DNA from: Bacteroidota bacterium
GTDB taxonomy: Bacteria > Bacteroidota > Ignavibacteria > UBA10030
Direction of reading: 5' to 3'
DNA length: 64,000 bases
Assembly: GCA_025454835.1 (NCBI GenBank)
Contig: JALONQ010000004.1
Span: 111,144-175,143 of the forward strand
The translations under genes and the position numbers were made by a program. Shown piece by piece: positions 53,991 to 63,526 of this stretch. Under the pieces are notes generated by a model. It had not been told where the DNA came from. It ran no database searches and worked only from the letters and a program-made list of their open reading frames with translations. Within the stretch, counting starts at the first letter, position 1. The number at the start of each line of letters is the position of its first letter.

Positions 53991-55736
53991 TCACCAGTCC
54001 TTCTCCACCCGCACTCGGGCGGCTGGGCGCTTCTGCAATTTCTTCTGAATGTCTTTCTCATTGTTCCGTAGCGCCTCGAGCATACGCTCAGCTTCTTCTT
54101 TGTTCATCTGATGTTTCTGTTGTTGCTGACGCGTTCGATCTTGCTGGCTTTGCTGTTGCTGGTTCTGTTGCTGGTCTTGTTTCTGCTGATCCTGCTGCTG
54201 GTCCTGCGGCTGTTGCTGCTGTTGTTGTTGCTGCTGGTCCTGCTTCTGATCCTGCTTCTGATCTTTTTGCCGCTTCTGTTGCTGCTGCTCCTGACGCTTT
54301 CGGCGGGCCACTTCAAGGTTATGGCGAGCGTCTTCATTGTCGGGGTCGTTCCGGAGCGCACGCTTGTACGCCTCGATGGACTCGTCGAGCTTGCTGGCCT
54401 TGAAGAGCGCGTTCCCCATGTTGTAGTAGCCCGCGGAACGCTCCGGTCCGGCGTCGAGGTTCATTGCCGAGTTGCCAAACGCGCGTGCGGCCTCTTCGTG
54501 TCGATCCTGGCGGAAATGGGAGTCGCCGAGGTTGAAGTGCGACACACCCGAGGTCGGGTCTTTGCCCAGCGCCTGCCGATACGCCGCCTCCGCATCGGAG
54601 AACTTTCCCTTCTGATAGAGTTTATTCCCCTCCTGCACATGGTCCCGGACGGTCTGCGATGACGCCGAAGCGGCGAAGGCCAGCAACGCCATCAGCGTCG
54701 CGGTCGGCACGGGGCCGCCACGCAGCGAGCGACGCATGACCCTCAAGATCGCGCCACGGCGTTCGGAGAGCAGGAGCTCGATGAACAGGAAGAGAATGGC
54801 GAATGCCAGCGGTACTTGGTAGCGCGATTCGTAGCCGGTCACCTGCTTCGCCCCGAATTCCGTCTTCTCGAGAGACGAAAGCTCTTTGAACACGTCGTCA
54901 ATCGCATTGCCACCGCTCGTCTCACGCAGATACCGGCCGGCCGTCGCCGAAGCGACCTGCCGGAGCATCGATTCATCCAGCTTGGAGACCACCACGTTCC
55001 CGTCCATGTCGCGCTTGTAGTCGGAGGCACCGACCGGAATCGGTCCCCCTTCGAGCGTTCCCATGCCGATCGTGTACACCTTTACGCCAGCCGCAGACGC
55101 CTTTTCGACGGCTCCGAGCACATCTCCTTCGGTATTCTCTCCATCGCTCACGATCACGATGGCCTTCTGCGTCGGCTGGTCCTTCGTGAACGAATCCAGC
55201 GCCTTCTCAATGGCGCTTCCGATCATCGTTCCGGGGGTCGGTACCGATTCCACATCGACGGTCGAGATGAAGAGGTCCGCGGCGGCATAGTCGGCGGTCA
55301 ACGGGAACTGCACGAAAGCATCGCCCGCGAACACGATCAGCCCCACTCGGTCGCCCGCCAGCTTGCGAAGGAGTTGCGAGACGTCACGCTTCGCCTTCTC
55401 GAGCCGGCTCGGACGCACGTCCTCGGCCTTCATGCTAAGGGAAACGTCGAGCGCGACGAACAGGTCGATCCCTTCGCGCTTCACTTCTTCAAGTCGCGTG
55501 CCGATCTGGGGATTCGCCAGCGCCAGGACCAGGCAGGCAATGGCCAGCAACAGCAGTCCCTGCTTGACGCCACGCTTGACAGCACTCGCGTCCGCCAGAA
55601 GCGCTGGCCAGAGCACCGGCGTCACGAAGAGACGCAGAAGCCGGCGGTTCCACAGATGCAGGGCAACGAAGCCCGCAGCCAGGACCGGGACGGCCAGCAG
55701 CAGCCAGAGGAGTTCGGGATGTTGGAAACGGAGCAT
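53991..55736 (-). CDS. batB: BatB/BatC-like fusion: TM + von Willebrand factor A domain + TPR repeats + Gln/Lys/Asp-rich tail
   Basis: VWA motifs (DLFVALDVSLSMKAED...VIVSDGENTEG) are followed by a TPR segment (YQKGKFSDAEAAYRQALGKDP...YNMGNALFKAS...AYKRALRNDPDNEDARHNLEVA) and a Q-rich tail (QQQQKRQKDQKQDQKQDQQQQQQQQQ). Confidence 0.75.
   Translation of the reverse strand: MLRFQHPELLWLLLAVPVLAAGFVALHLWNRRLLRLFVTPVLWPALLADASAVKRGVKQGLLLLAIACLVLALANPQIGTRLEEVKREGIDLFVALDVSLSMKAEDVRPSRLEKAKRDVSQLLRKLAGDRVGLIVFAGDAFVQFPLTADYAAADLFISTVDVESVPTPGTMIGSAIEKALDSFTKDQPTQKAIVIVSDGENTEGDVLGAVEKASAAGVKVYTIGMGTLEGGPIPVGASDYKRDMDGNVVVSKLDESMLRQVASATAGRYLRETSGGNAIDDVFKELSSLEKTEFGAKQVTGYESRYQVPLAFAILFLFIELLLSERRGAILRVMRRSLRGGPVPTATLMALLAFAASASSQTVRDHVQEGNKLYQKGKFSDAEAAYRQALGKDPTSGVSHFNLGDSHFRQDRHEEAARAFGNSAMNLDAGPERSAGYYNMGNALFKASKLDESIEAYKRALRNDPDNEDARHNLEVARRKRQEQQQQKRQKDQKQDQKQDQQQQQQQQQPQDQQQDQQKQDQQQNQQQQSQQDRTRQQQQKHQMNKEEAERMLEALRNNEKDIQKKLQKRPAARVRVEKDW
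54056..54270. repeat. CTG/CAG-rich low-complexity DNA encoding the poly-Gln tail of BatB/C
   Basis: The plus strand reads ctgttgctg...ctgctgctggtcctgcggctgttgctgctgttgttgttgctgctggtcctgcttctgatcctg. Confidence 0.7.
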
Positions 55737-55775
55737 GCGTGTGGAAATCTATGGCAGAAGTCAGAGACCAGCCAT

Positions 55776-55838
55776 CAGTGAACAGTGAACAGTGAACAGT
55801 GAACAGTGAACAGTAAACAGTGAACAGTGGTCAGTTGA
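55776..55838. repeat. heptanucleotide tandem repeat (CAGTGAA) x9 between batA and batB/C
   Basis: cagtgaa x5 perfect, then cagtaaa, cagtgaa, cagtggt, cagttga. It lies in the batB/C 5' leader about 40 nt upstream of its start. Confidence 0.85.
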
Positions 55839-55961
55839 CTGTCGACGGAAGCACTTCGCCGTCGTACGGCATCCAGAGTCCCAAGATCATACCCTATGGA
55901 ATGCTTCCTCCATCTTTCATCTTTCATCTTACATCTCACATCTTGCCTCTCGCTTCTTCAC

Positions 55962-56954
55962 TCACGGGATCTTCCTCAACACCGTACTGCTCAGGATCAT
56001 CTCAAGCAGCAACAGCGCGGCACCGAGCCACAGCCAATCGCCGAATAATTCGCTCACTCTCTTATAGGCCGTCACTTCGATCTTGGTCCGCTCGAGCAGG
56101 TCGATCTCGCGATAGATCGCCCGCAACGCGCGGTTGTCGGTCGCACGGTAGTACGCGCCTCCGGTCATCTCGGAGATCGCCTTGAGCGTCTTCTCGTCCA
56201 GGTCGACCGGCTGGAGGATGCGCCGGATGCCGAATGGCGTCTGCTGCGGGAAGGGGGCCATCCCTTGCGCCCCGACGCCGACGGTATAGACCTTGACCCC
56301 GTACGTCGCCGCCAGCCGTGCCGCCGTGATCGGGTCGATCTCCCCCCGATTGTTCACGCCGTCGGTCAGCAACACCATGACCTTGCTCTTCGCCTGGCTA
56401 TCCTTCAACCGCCCGACACCGTTGGCGAGGGCGAGGCCGATCGCCGTACCGTCTTCGATCATGCCGTTCTTGATCTCCGCCAACAGGCCTAGCAGGACGC
56501 CATAATCTGTCGTGAGCGGACACTGGGTGAAACTTTGGCCGGAGAAGACGACGAGCCCGATGCGGTCGTTCTCGCGGCCGCGAATGAACTCCGCCGCGAC
56601 GTCCTTCGCCGCCACGAGACGGTTCGGGCTGAAGTCCTCGGCCAGCATGCTGCCGCTGATGTCGAGGACGAGGACGATGTCGATCCCCTCGGTGTTGACG
56701 CTCTCGCGCGTCGAGACCGACTGCGGCCGGGCCAACGCGATGATGAGAACGGCCACGGCGAGCAGCCGCAGGACCGCGGGCAACCGGACGAATCGCTCGC
56801 GCCATCCGCGCGGTCCGGCAAGGAACGACCGGAGCGACGAGAAGCGCAGGTCCGTCACGAGGCGGTGACGGCGCCACCACACGTACGCGGCGGCCAGCGG
56901 CACCAGCAGGAGGAGCCACAGATACAGGCCATCGGCAAACTGATCACCGAACAT
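55962..56954 (-). CDS. batA: BatA-like membrane von Willebrand factor A protein
   Basis: N-terminal TMs are followed by a VWA domain (DIVLVLDISGSMLAEDF...VMVLLTDGVNNRGE) and a C-terminal TM. Confidence 0.8.
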   Translation of the reverse strand: MFGDQFADGLYLWLLLLVPLAAAYVWWRRHRLVTDLRFSSLRSFLAGPRGWRERFVRLPAVLRLLAVAVLIIALARPQSVSTRESVNTEGIDIVLVLDISGSMLAEDFSPNRLVAAKDVAAEFIRGRENDRIGLVVFSGQSFTQCPLTTDYGVLLGLLAEIKNGMIEDGTAIGLALANGVGRLKDSQAKSKVMVLLTDGVNNRGEIDPITAARLAATYGVKVYTVGVGAQGMAPFPQQTPFGIRRILQPVDLDEKTLKAISEMTGGAYYRATDNRALRAIYREIDLLERTKIEVTAYKRVSELFGDWLWLGAALLLLEMILSSTVLRKIP

Positions 56955-57984
56955 CGGCGGTCTCCTCGCGACGAAGCGGCGCCTTTGGAGCTTCCGGTGT
57001 TTCGACCGGCGTCATCGTGCGGACGATCATGTAGGCGGCCTTGAGCTCGTCCTGATGGTCTTCGGGGGTCGGCTGCGCCTTGGCGAACTTCACCAGGTCG
57101 GCCCGGACGAAGAAGGATCCGAGCGTCTCCCGAAGCTGTTCGGCCTCCGGCCTTCCGCGCAGGGCGATCAGGATCTCGTCGGTCGTCATCTCCAGCGCGG
57201 GGATGTTCCAGCGTCCTTCGAAGAAGCGTCGGACGATCTCGGTCGCCTCCGAATAGTATTCCTTCACCTTCCCTTGTTGCCACAGCTGTCGCTCTTCGAG
57301 CGCCTGGAGCTCACTCAGGGCTCTCACATGCGGCGCGATCGACGGCGCTTCCGGTTCCACCGGCAGTTCCAGACCCTTCTTCTTGCGGTACCTCTGGTAC
57401 CAGTAGAGTCCGGCGCCGGCGAGAACGCCGACGAGCAGGAACGGCCAGAGGTCCTCCCATTTCCACGGAGCGGACATCGGGGGTTTGATATCGCGGATGT
57501 CCGCACCCTCCACCAGCGACACCCCGGACACGTTGAACGACAGCGAGTTTGCGTATGCCGTCTTGCCGACGGTATCGTTCTGCAGCGTATATCCGAAGGC
57601 CAGCGGGGGCAGGAAGACAGTGCCCGTGTCGATCGTCATGAGCTCATAGGCCCATTCACGATCGTCCGTCTTCGTGATCGACAGTACCTGGAAGAGGCCG
57701 GCGCTGTCGGTGACGGCCGGACCGATAGAGTCGATCGCCGCCGGGACGCGGGCCGTCACCGTGACGACCACCGGCTCTCCGAGGCGGAGGTTCTTGCGCT
57801 CGGAGGAGGCGGTGAGACCGACTTCCTGGGCCAAGAGAGATGAGGCCAAGAGGAAGTAAGCCGTAAGCAAGTACAGGCAGGTGATGGACAGGCGGATGTC
57901 ACGAGTCCACGATCTTGGTTTGTGAATCGTGATCTCAGCCTGCCCACAACCTGATCGTACCTGCCTACTGCCTACTTGCTCCAT
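56944..57984 (-). CDS. membrane protein of the Bat operon (DUF4381-like)
   Basis: It has the operon position and topology of DUF4381 (N-terminal hydrophobic segment, central TM VGVLAGAGLYWYQRY, cytoplasmic C-terminal domain). The ATG at 57984 overlaps the DUF58 stop. The true start is uncertain because the first 40 codons overlap the GTAGGCAG motif. Confidence 0.5.
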   Translation of the reverse strand: MEQVGSRQVRSGCGQAEITIHKPRSWTRDIRLSITCLYLLTAYFLLASSLLAQEVGLTASSERKNLRLGEPVVVTVTARVPAAIDSIGPAVTDSAGLFQVLSITKTDDREWAYELMTIDTGTVFLPPLAFGYTLQNDTVGKTAYANSLSFNVSGVSLVEGADIRDIKPPMSAPWKWEDLWPFLLVGVLAGAGLYWYQRYRKKKGLELPVEPEAPSIAPHVRALSELQALEERQLWQQGKVKEYYSEATEIVRRFFEGRWNIPALEMTTDEILIALRGRPEAEQLRETLGSFFVRADLVKFAKAQPTPEDHQDELKAAYMIVRTMTPVETPEAPKAPLRREETADVR

Positions 57985-58859
57985 TACCACCTTCTCTCCC
58001 GCATGCGGAAGAAGTCCGCCAATGGTTTCATCGTCGGTCGGTCGAGGCGGAGTTCCACGGCGTCGAGCCGCGACTTCAGAAAAAGCGACCGGCGCGCCTG
58101 CTGAACGGCCAACCGGTCCGCCTTGAAGGCAGTCCGCAAGCGGCGGTCCGATGTATCGACCCACCGCACCTCCCCCGATTCGGCGTCGCGCAAAGGGATC
58201 AGCCCTACGGGCGGCAGATCCAGCTCTCGGGGGTCCTGCAGGACAAGGCCGATGAGGTCGTGGCGCTTGCCGGCGATGCGCAGGGCCGCCTCATAGCCCT
58301 CATCCATGAAGTCGGAGATGAGGAAGACGATGCTGCGCTTCTTCTGGATATGGTTGAGATACTCGAGCGCGCCGCGAATGTTCGTCGACGTCGAGGTCGG
58401 CTCGAACGAGAGCAGTTCGCGTACGATCCGGAGCGCGTGCGACCGCCCTTTTCGGGGCGGGATGAACCGCTCGACCTCTCCCGTGAACAGAATGGCGCCG
58501 ACCTTATCGTTGTTCTTCATGGCCGAGAAGGCCAGGATGGCGCTCAACTCGGCCGCCACGTCGCGCTTCAACGACTGCTGCGAACCGAAGTACTGCGAGC
58601 CGCTCATGTCGACCAGCAGCATCACGGTCAGTTCGCGCTCTTCTTCGAACACCTTGACGAACGGATGGTTCAGCCGGGCGGTGACGTTCCAGTCGATCGT
58701 CCGGATCTCGTCGCCGATCTGGTATTCGCGCACCTCGGAGAACGCCATGCCCCGGCCTTTGAAGACGGAGTGGTACTCCCCCGAGAACACCTGGTTCACC
58801 AGGCCGCGGGTGCGGATCTCGAGATGACGGACCTTTTTGAGAAGCTCTTTAGTATCCAA
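57984..58859 (-). CDS. DUF58 domain protein (MoxR-associated VWA-like)
   Basis: FKGRGMAFSEVREYQIGDEIRTIDWNVTAR...LLVDMSGSQYFG is the DUF58 signature. It lies downstream of moxR. Confidence 0.8.
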   Translation of the reverse strand: MDTKELLKKVRHLEIRTRGLVNQVFSGEYHSVFKGRGMAFSEVREYQIGDEIRTIDWNVTARLNHPFVKVFEEERELTVMLLVDMSGSQYFGSQQSLKRDVAAELSAILAFSAMKNNDKVGAILFTGEVERFIPPRKGRSHALRIVRELLSFEPTSTSTNIRGALEYLNHIQKKRSIVFLISDFMDEGYEAALRIAGKRHDLIGLVLQDPRELDLPPVGLIPLRDAESGEVRWVDTSDRRLRTAFKADRLAVQQARRSLFLKSRLDAVELRLDRPTMKPLADFFRMRERRW

Positions 58860-58992
58860 CTGAGGTCACATGACGACTCTGTTTTCAAGGAAATTGTCGA
58901 GTGTCGATTGGAGAGTGTCGATCATCGCCGGTCGTCCTCCAAAGTTGACTACCTCAGATATTCGTCAATCGACAATCGTAAATCGACAATTC

Positions 58993-59952
58993 CTAAGGGA
59001 CTTCTACTTGGTTCAAGATCTCCGTGACCACGTTCTCGCTCGTGATCTCCTCGGCCTCGGCCTCGTAGGTCACGGCCACGCGATGGCGCAGAACATCGGG
59101 GCAGATGGCGCGGACGTCCTCGGGGATCACGTAGCCGCGGCGCTTGATAAACGCATGAGCGCGGGAGGCCATGGCGAGCGCGATCGAGGCGCGAGGCGAA
59201 GCTCCATAACTGATGAGCGGCGCCAGCTTGTCGAGCTTGAACTGCTTCGGGTCTCGCGTGGCGAAGACGATGTCGAGGATGTAGCGCTCGATCTTTTCGT
59301 CCATGTAGACCTGCTTCACGACATCGCGCGCGGCCAGGATCTCCTTGGGGCTGACAACGTGCTTGACCTTCACCTCCGTCATCGAAACATTCTGGCGCAT
59401 GATCTTGAGTTCTTCCTCGCGCGTCGGGTAGCCGATCTTCACCTTGAGCATGAACCGGTCCACCTGCGCTTCGGGCAGCGGGTAGGTCCCCTCCTGCTCG
59501 ATCGGGTTCTGCGTTGCCAGCACGAGGAATGGCTCTTCAAGTCCGAACGTCTCTTCGCCGATCGTCACCTGACGTTCCTGCATCGCTTCGAGAAGAGCGC
59601 TCTGGACCTTCGCCGGGGCGCGATTGATCTCGTCGGCCAGGATGAAGTTGGCGAAGATGGGCCCCCGCCGCGTGATGAACTTACCGTCCTTCTGGTTGTA
59701 GATCATCGTGCCGATGAGGTCGGCCGGCAGGAGGTCGGGCGTGAACTGGATGCGTTGGAACTTGGCGCTGATGGCCGTGGCCAGGGTCTTGATCGTGAGG
59801 GTTTTCGCCAGACCCGGCACCCCCTCCAGCAGAATGTGCCCCTGACAGAGCAATCCGATGAGGAGTCGGTCGACCATCGGCTTCTGGCCGATGATGACCT
59901 TGCCGACCTCGGCTGAGAGGGTGTCGACGAAGGCGCTTTCGCGCTCGATCAT
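58993..59952 (-). CDS. moxR: MoxR-family AAA+ ATPase
   Basis: Walker A (EGVPGLAKT) and Walker B (ILADEINRAP), the AAA_3 domain, and C-terminal conservation (ASPRASIAL) are present. The start is taken at the Met at 59952 (MIERESAF). The ORF track extends to 60036. Confidence 0.9.
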   Translation of the reverse strand: MIERESAFVDTLSAEVGKVIIGQKPMVDRLLIGLLCQGHILLEGVPGLAKTLTIKTLATAISAKFQRIQFTPDLLPADLIGTMIYNQKDGKFITRRGPIFANFILADEINRAPAKVQSALLEAMQERQVTIGEETFGLEEPFLVLATQNPIEQEGTYPLPEAQVDRFMLKVKIGYPTREEELKIMRQNVSMTEVKVKHVVSPKEILAARDVVKQVYMDEKIERYILDIVFATRDPKQFKLDKLAPLISYGASPRASIALAMASRAHAFIKRRGYVIPEDVRAICPDVLRHRVAVTYEAEAEEITSENVVTEILNQVEVP

Positions 59953-60384
59953 TTGGTTCAGGGTCTTGATGTCCACGCTACGGGCTCCGATGTTAGTTCC
60001 TGAGGCTCGATGGGGGTGCGAGAACCGCGAATGCACGCCAATGTAGGTGAATGCATGTTTTCGATGCTGTGCGACTTCGCGTCAATTCGCGTCCGTTAGC
60101 GGTAGAACGGCCACGACTCCAGAGTTCATTTTGACGACCGCCGGCGAAAACTTGTTCCGGCTGAACAACGCAACGAGCCGCAACAAGGGCGGCTCGGGAA
60201 CGGCAACACGTTGAATTTGCGAAAAACTGGGGGAATTTCAAAGGGCGGAAGAGAATAAGTAAAGAGGAAGAGAAACCACGAAGAACACGAAGAGAATGAT
60301 GGTTGAAGCGGTATCACATTCACACCTCTTCCATTCGTGTCCAGGGTCTCCAATGCGATTCGTGAACTTCGTGGATGTCTTTTC

Positions 60385-61611
60385 TTATTGGCTCGTCAAA
60401 TGCCCTGCCACGATCTCGATGAACCGCTCGAACCCGGCGCCGTATCGGGATTCGTCAAGCACGTCGAGGACGAGCCGCCGCTCCGGTTGGTGCAGGTCGG
60501 CACAGGCGAACGGGTTCTCGTGAATACCGAGGTGCAACTCCTCGACCTTGACGCCGGTGTCACGCCGGACGCCCTGTAGCGCGTTGCACATCGCCCCCGT
60601 CGGAAAGACCTCGTCGCTGGCGTTGGCGATGCCGGCAATGCGCGGAGCGATCTCGCGCATCCGCGTTTCGAGCGTCACCCGATCGGGACGCAGGCCGCAG
60701 AATGTACGCAGCCACCGCGCTTCCGAGTGATGCTCGATCCAATGATGCATGCGTGGCGTGAACCGTTGCTCCAGCTGGCGAACGTACATCTTCATCATCG
60801 CCGTCTCGGCGGCCGTATCGACGATGAGTGGCGAAGCAAGGTTCAGGTCTCGCACTGCTCCGGCCGTCGCAAAGAGGGCGGTTCGGCTGTTCGAGAAAAG
60901 CCGTTCCGGATCGTCCAGCATGAGCGCCAGCGCCACGAATCCACCCGCGGAGTACCCGAGAAAATCGATCCGCGCATCCTTCGTAAAATGCGGGTGCGCG
61001 CCGGAGCGGATCTGTCGTGCGAGGTCGACGACGTCCCAAAAGGTCTGCAGGGCACCCCAGAAGAACCGTTCGGGCCGCGCATCCAGACGCTCACTCATGA
61101 TGGCGTTGAAGCGGTGAACGAGGTCGTTCCCTTCGACCTCCTTGCGTTGCGCCAGGCTTTCGGGAACCAGGCGGAACCAGTCGGTCGGAACGCGGTTGAT
61201 ATGGAACGCCATCGGGAAGAGGATGACCGGCGCGCCCGTCTTCTTCCAAAGATGGTACGCCCACGGCACGTACTTGCCGTAGCTGCGTTCGTTCAATCCG
61301 TGGAGCAGGATCGTGACGCGCTCGCGACGTTCGACGGCGCCCGATGCACGCAGCAACGGATACCGGAAGAGCAAGTTCTCCTGGATCTCGGCATCGACCG
61401 GCAGCGGCTCCGCCGGTTCCGCCGGGAAGTGCGCATCGTGCTCGCGGCAATGGTAGCCCTCGCATCCCAGCAGGTATCCTGCGTTGCGGGACCGGAACTC
61501 GATGTTGTAAAGGTCCGCTCCATGCTCCGGAAAACGCACCGGCTCGTCGTCGGTCCATGATTCACGCTGTCGAAAGCGCTTGCCGATGTCGGCGTAGTTG
61601 GGATGGGTCAT
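60385..61611 (-). CDS. alpha/beta-hydrolase fold protein
   Basis: It has the nucleophile elbow GYSAGG (GxSxG) and HGLNERS... preceding it. The family is not recognised beyond the fold. Confidence 0.55.
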   Translation of the reverse strand: MTHPNYADIGKRFRQRESWTDDEPVRFPEHGADLYNIEFRSRNAGYLLGCEGYHCREHDAHFPAEPAEPLPVDAEIQENLLFRYPLLRASGAVERRERVTILLHGLNERSYGKYVPWAYHLWKKTGAPVILFPMAFHINRVPTDWFRLVPESLAQRKEVEGNDLVHRFNAIMSERLDARPERFFWGALQTFWDVVDLARQIRSGAHPHFTKDARIDFLGYSAGGFVALALMLDDPERLFSNSRTALFATAGAVRDLNLASPLIVDTAAETAMMKMYVRQLEQRFTPRMHHWIEHHSEARWLRTFCGLRPDRVTLETRMREIAPRIAGIANASDEVFPTGAMCNALQGVRRDTGVKVEELHLGIHENPFACADLHQPERRLVLDVLDESRYGAGFERFIEIVAGHLTSQ

Positions 61612-61636
61612 GGGAGAACAGAGGTCAGAAGTCAGA

Positions 61637-61737
61637 GGTCAGTGGCTTGCCCTCAGTTTGGCACGTTGCGAGACATCGACCATGCACGTGCCGAGCGAAG
61701 GGTCAGTGATCAGTGGCTTGCCCCGAGTTTGGCGCGT
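61637..61737. repeat. ~30-bp direct repeat pair (GTCAGTGGCTTGCCCnnAGTTTGGCnCGTT) in the hydrolase upstream region
   Basis: The copies are 61637-61666 (gtcagtggcttgccctcagtttggcacgtt) and 61709-61737 (tcagtggcttgccccgagtttggcgcgtt). Additional GTCAGAG/GTCAGTG half-units lie nearby. Confidence 0.6.
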
Positions 61738-61928
61738 TCAGGGAACGATCTTTAGACGTGCCAGGTCCAGGGATCAGCGTCAGAGCACTGCACCAATGGA
61801 TCGTGGCGCGGCGAAACGCGAGCGCAGGATGCCAACTTAGCCAAGATTCGGAGGGGAAACAACGGATCAGCGAACAGCGAGGGAGTGGAACGGATCCACG
61901 TTATCCCGAATGGAAGATCGACTTGAAA

Positions 61929-63500
61929 TCACTTGATGAGCAGCATCTTTCTCAAGGCGACAAACTCGTTCACAGAGAGTCGGTAGAAGTAGAGACCGGA
62001 GGCGAGACTGGATGCGTCGTATGATACGAAGTGCCTGCCTTCCTTCATTTCTTCATTCGCCAGCGTAACGACGCGCTGACCCAACATATTAAAGAGTTCC
62101 ATGCGGACACGCCCCGGTGCCTTCAGTGAGAAGTTGATCCGGGTCGAGGCATTGAAGGGATTGGGGTAGTTCTGCTCGAGGGCATACTCAAGGGGAACGG
62201 AGGACTCCTCAATCCCAAGGACCCCGGCGGCCGGGAAGAAGCGGGCCATCCCCGCGTCGAGGACCCCATCGACATCGCTGAACGGGGACGATGCGAGAAC
62301 GATGCTGTCGGTTGCGCTCACCTGCGGACAGGCGTGCGGCAAGTCCTGCCGATCATCGAGCACGAACCAGTGCGCCGGCCCCGAATCAAGGGCCTGGAGG
62401 TCGTATCCGGCGATCTTGCCCGATGGCTCTCGCGTCTTCCCCCCTGTCTGAACACATCCGACGAACAGCCTGTCACGCGTCATGGAGACCGATCCACCAA
62501 AATAGATGACCTGCGACCCATCCGGATTTTCGATGGTCTTGGAGAGAAGGCCTGTCGTCCGATCATAGAGCATCACACCGCCCGACCGGACGCCGCCTCT
62601 CGTCCTGCCGGGGACTCCCACGGCGATGTATCGGTCGTTCGCCGCGATCGCCGAGCCGAAGAGATCCGCCCCGCCCTCGGGAGGAAGCCTCAGGTCTGTC
62701 TGCGACCATGCACCGCTGCTGCGGGAAAAGAGGGCGACGGCCTCCTTCCTTCCTTCGATCGCACTGTACATCGACCAACCGACAACGATCGTGCTGTCAT
62801 CCAGGATCAGGAGCGATGTACCGAAGGCCTCGTCAGGCATCGCGGTACTCAGGAAGAGCTTTGACTCGAGCCGCCATGAAGTGGTGTCTCTCCTGAAGAC
62901 GAAGACGGAGCCGGACCTCTCCGCGGATCCGAAGGACCGATGCGCGCCGACGATGAGCAGGTCGGAAGCAATGTCCACCGCACCGCCGAAGCGGGCGCCA
63001 AACGTGTGCTCCGGAGACTCGACCTTTGCCGCCAGCGCCCACGCGCCTCCACTCCGCGAGTAGACGTAGACGGCCCCCGCCATGATCCCAGCGCCATGGT
63101 CGCCCGGGGCACCGACAGCCAACTGATCGTCCGAAAGGCCCACGGCCATGCCGAAGGTGTGGACGGCCTGCGGATCGGGCGACTCGACGACCTGCACTTG
63201 CTGCCAGGCCTGCTGGGCTGAATGGAGATAGACGCGCCCTGCTGCAACATGTCCACCGACCTCCTCGAAGGGACTGGCGATGACGGCCCAGTCGCGATGA
63301 GCATCGACGCGCCAGCCAAAGAGGGCGTGTGCCGCTGAACGCGCTGCGCGGACACTCCTGACCTTATTCAGCGACTGGCCTGCCGCTTCGGGGAGCATTC
63401 CCGCGGTCATCAGGAGGATGGCGGCCACAGACCTTGCGGCTGTCGCAACCGTCGTCCTTCCCCGATGCGCGCGTGGGGCTCCAGACGTCGAAGGGCTCAT
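61929..63500 (-). CDS. secreted FG-GAP/integrin-alpha-like beta-propeller protein with T9SS C-terminal sorting domain
   Basis: Repeated FG...GD-like blades are present (FGMAVGLSDDQLAVGAPGDHGAG; FGARFGGAVDIASDLLIVGA; FGTSLLILDDSTIVVG; FGSAIAANDRYIAVGVPG). The C-terminal Por_Secre_tail is LEQNYPNPFNASTRINFSL...SGLYFYRL. The start is taken at the Met at 63500. Confidence 0.6.
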   Translation of the reverse strand: MSPSTSGAPRAHRGRTTVATAARSVAAILLMTAGMLPEAAGQSLNKVRSVRAARSAAHALFGWRVDAHRDWAVIASPFEEVGGHVAAGRVYLHSAQQAWQQVQVVESPDPQAVHTFGMAVGLSDDQLAVGAPGDHGAGIMAGAVYVYSRSGGAWALAAKVESPEHTFGARFGGAVDIASDLLIVGAHRSFGSAERSGSVFVFRRDTTSWRLESKLFLSTAMPDEAFGTSLLILDDSTIVVGWSMYSAIEGRKEAVALFSRSSGAWSQTDLRLPPEGGADLFGSAIAANDRYIAVGVPGRTRGGVRSGGVMLYDRTTGLLSKTIENPDGSQVIYFGGSVSMTRDRLFVGCVQTGGKTREPSGKIAGYDLQALDSGPAHWFVLDDRQDLPHACPQVSATDSIVLASSPFSDVDGVLDAGMARFFPAAGVLGIEESSVPLEYALEQNYPNPFNASTRINFSLKAPGRVRMELFNMLGQRVVTLANEEMKEGRHFVSYDASSLASGLYFYRLSVNEFVALRKMLLIK

Positions 63501-63526
63501 GCCAACAGCCTGTCCGTCGGCTGGTT

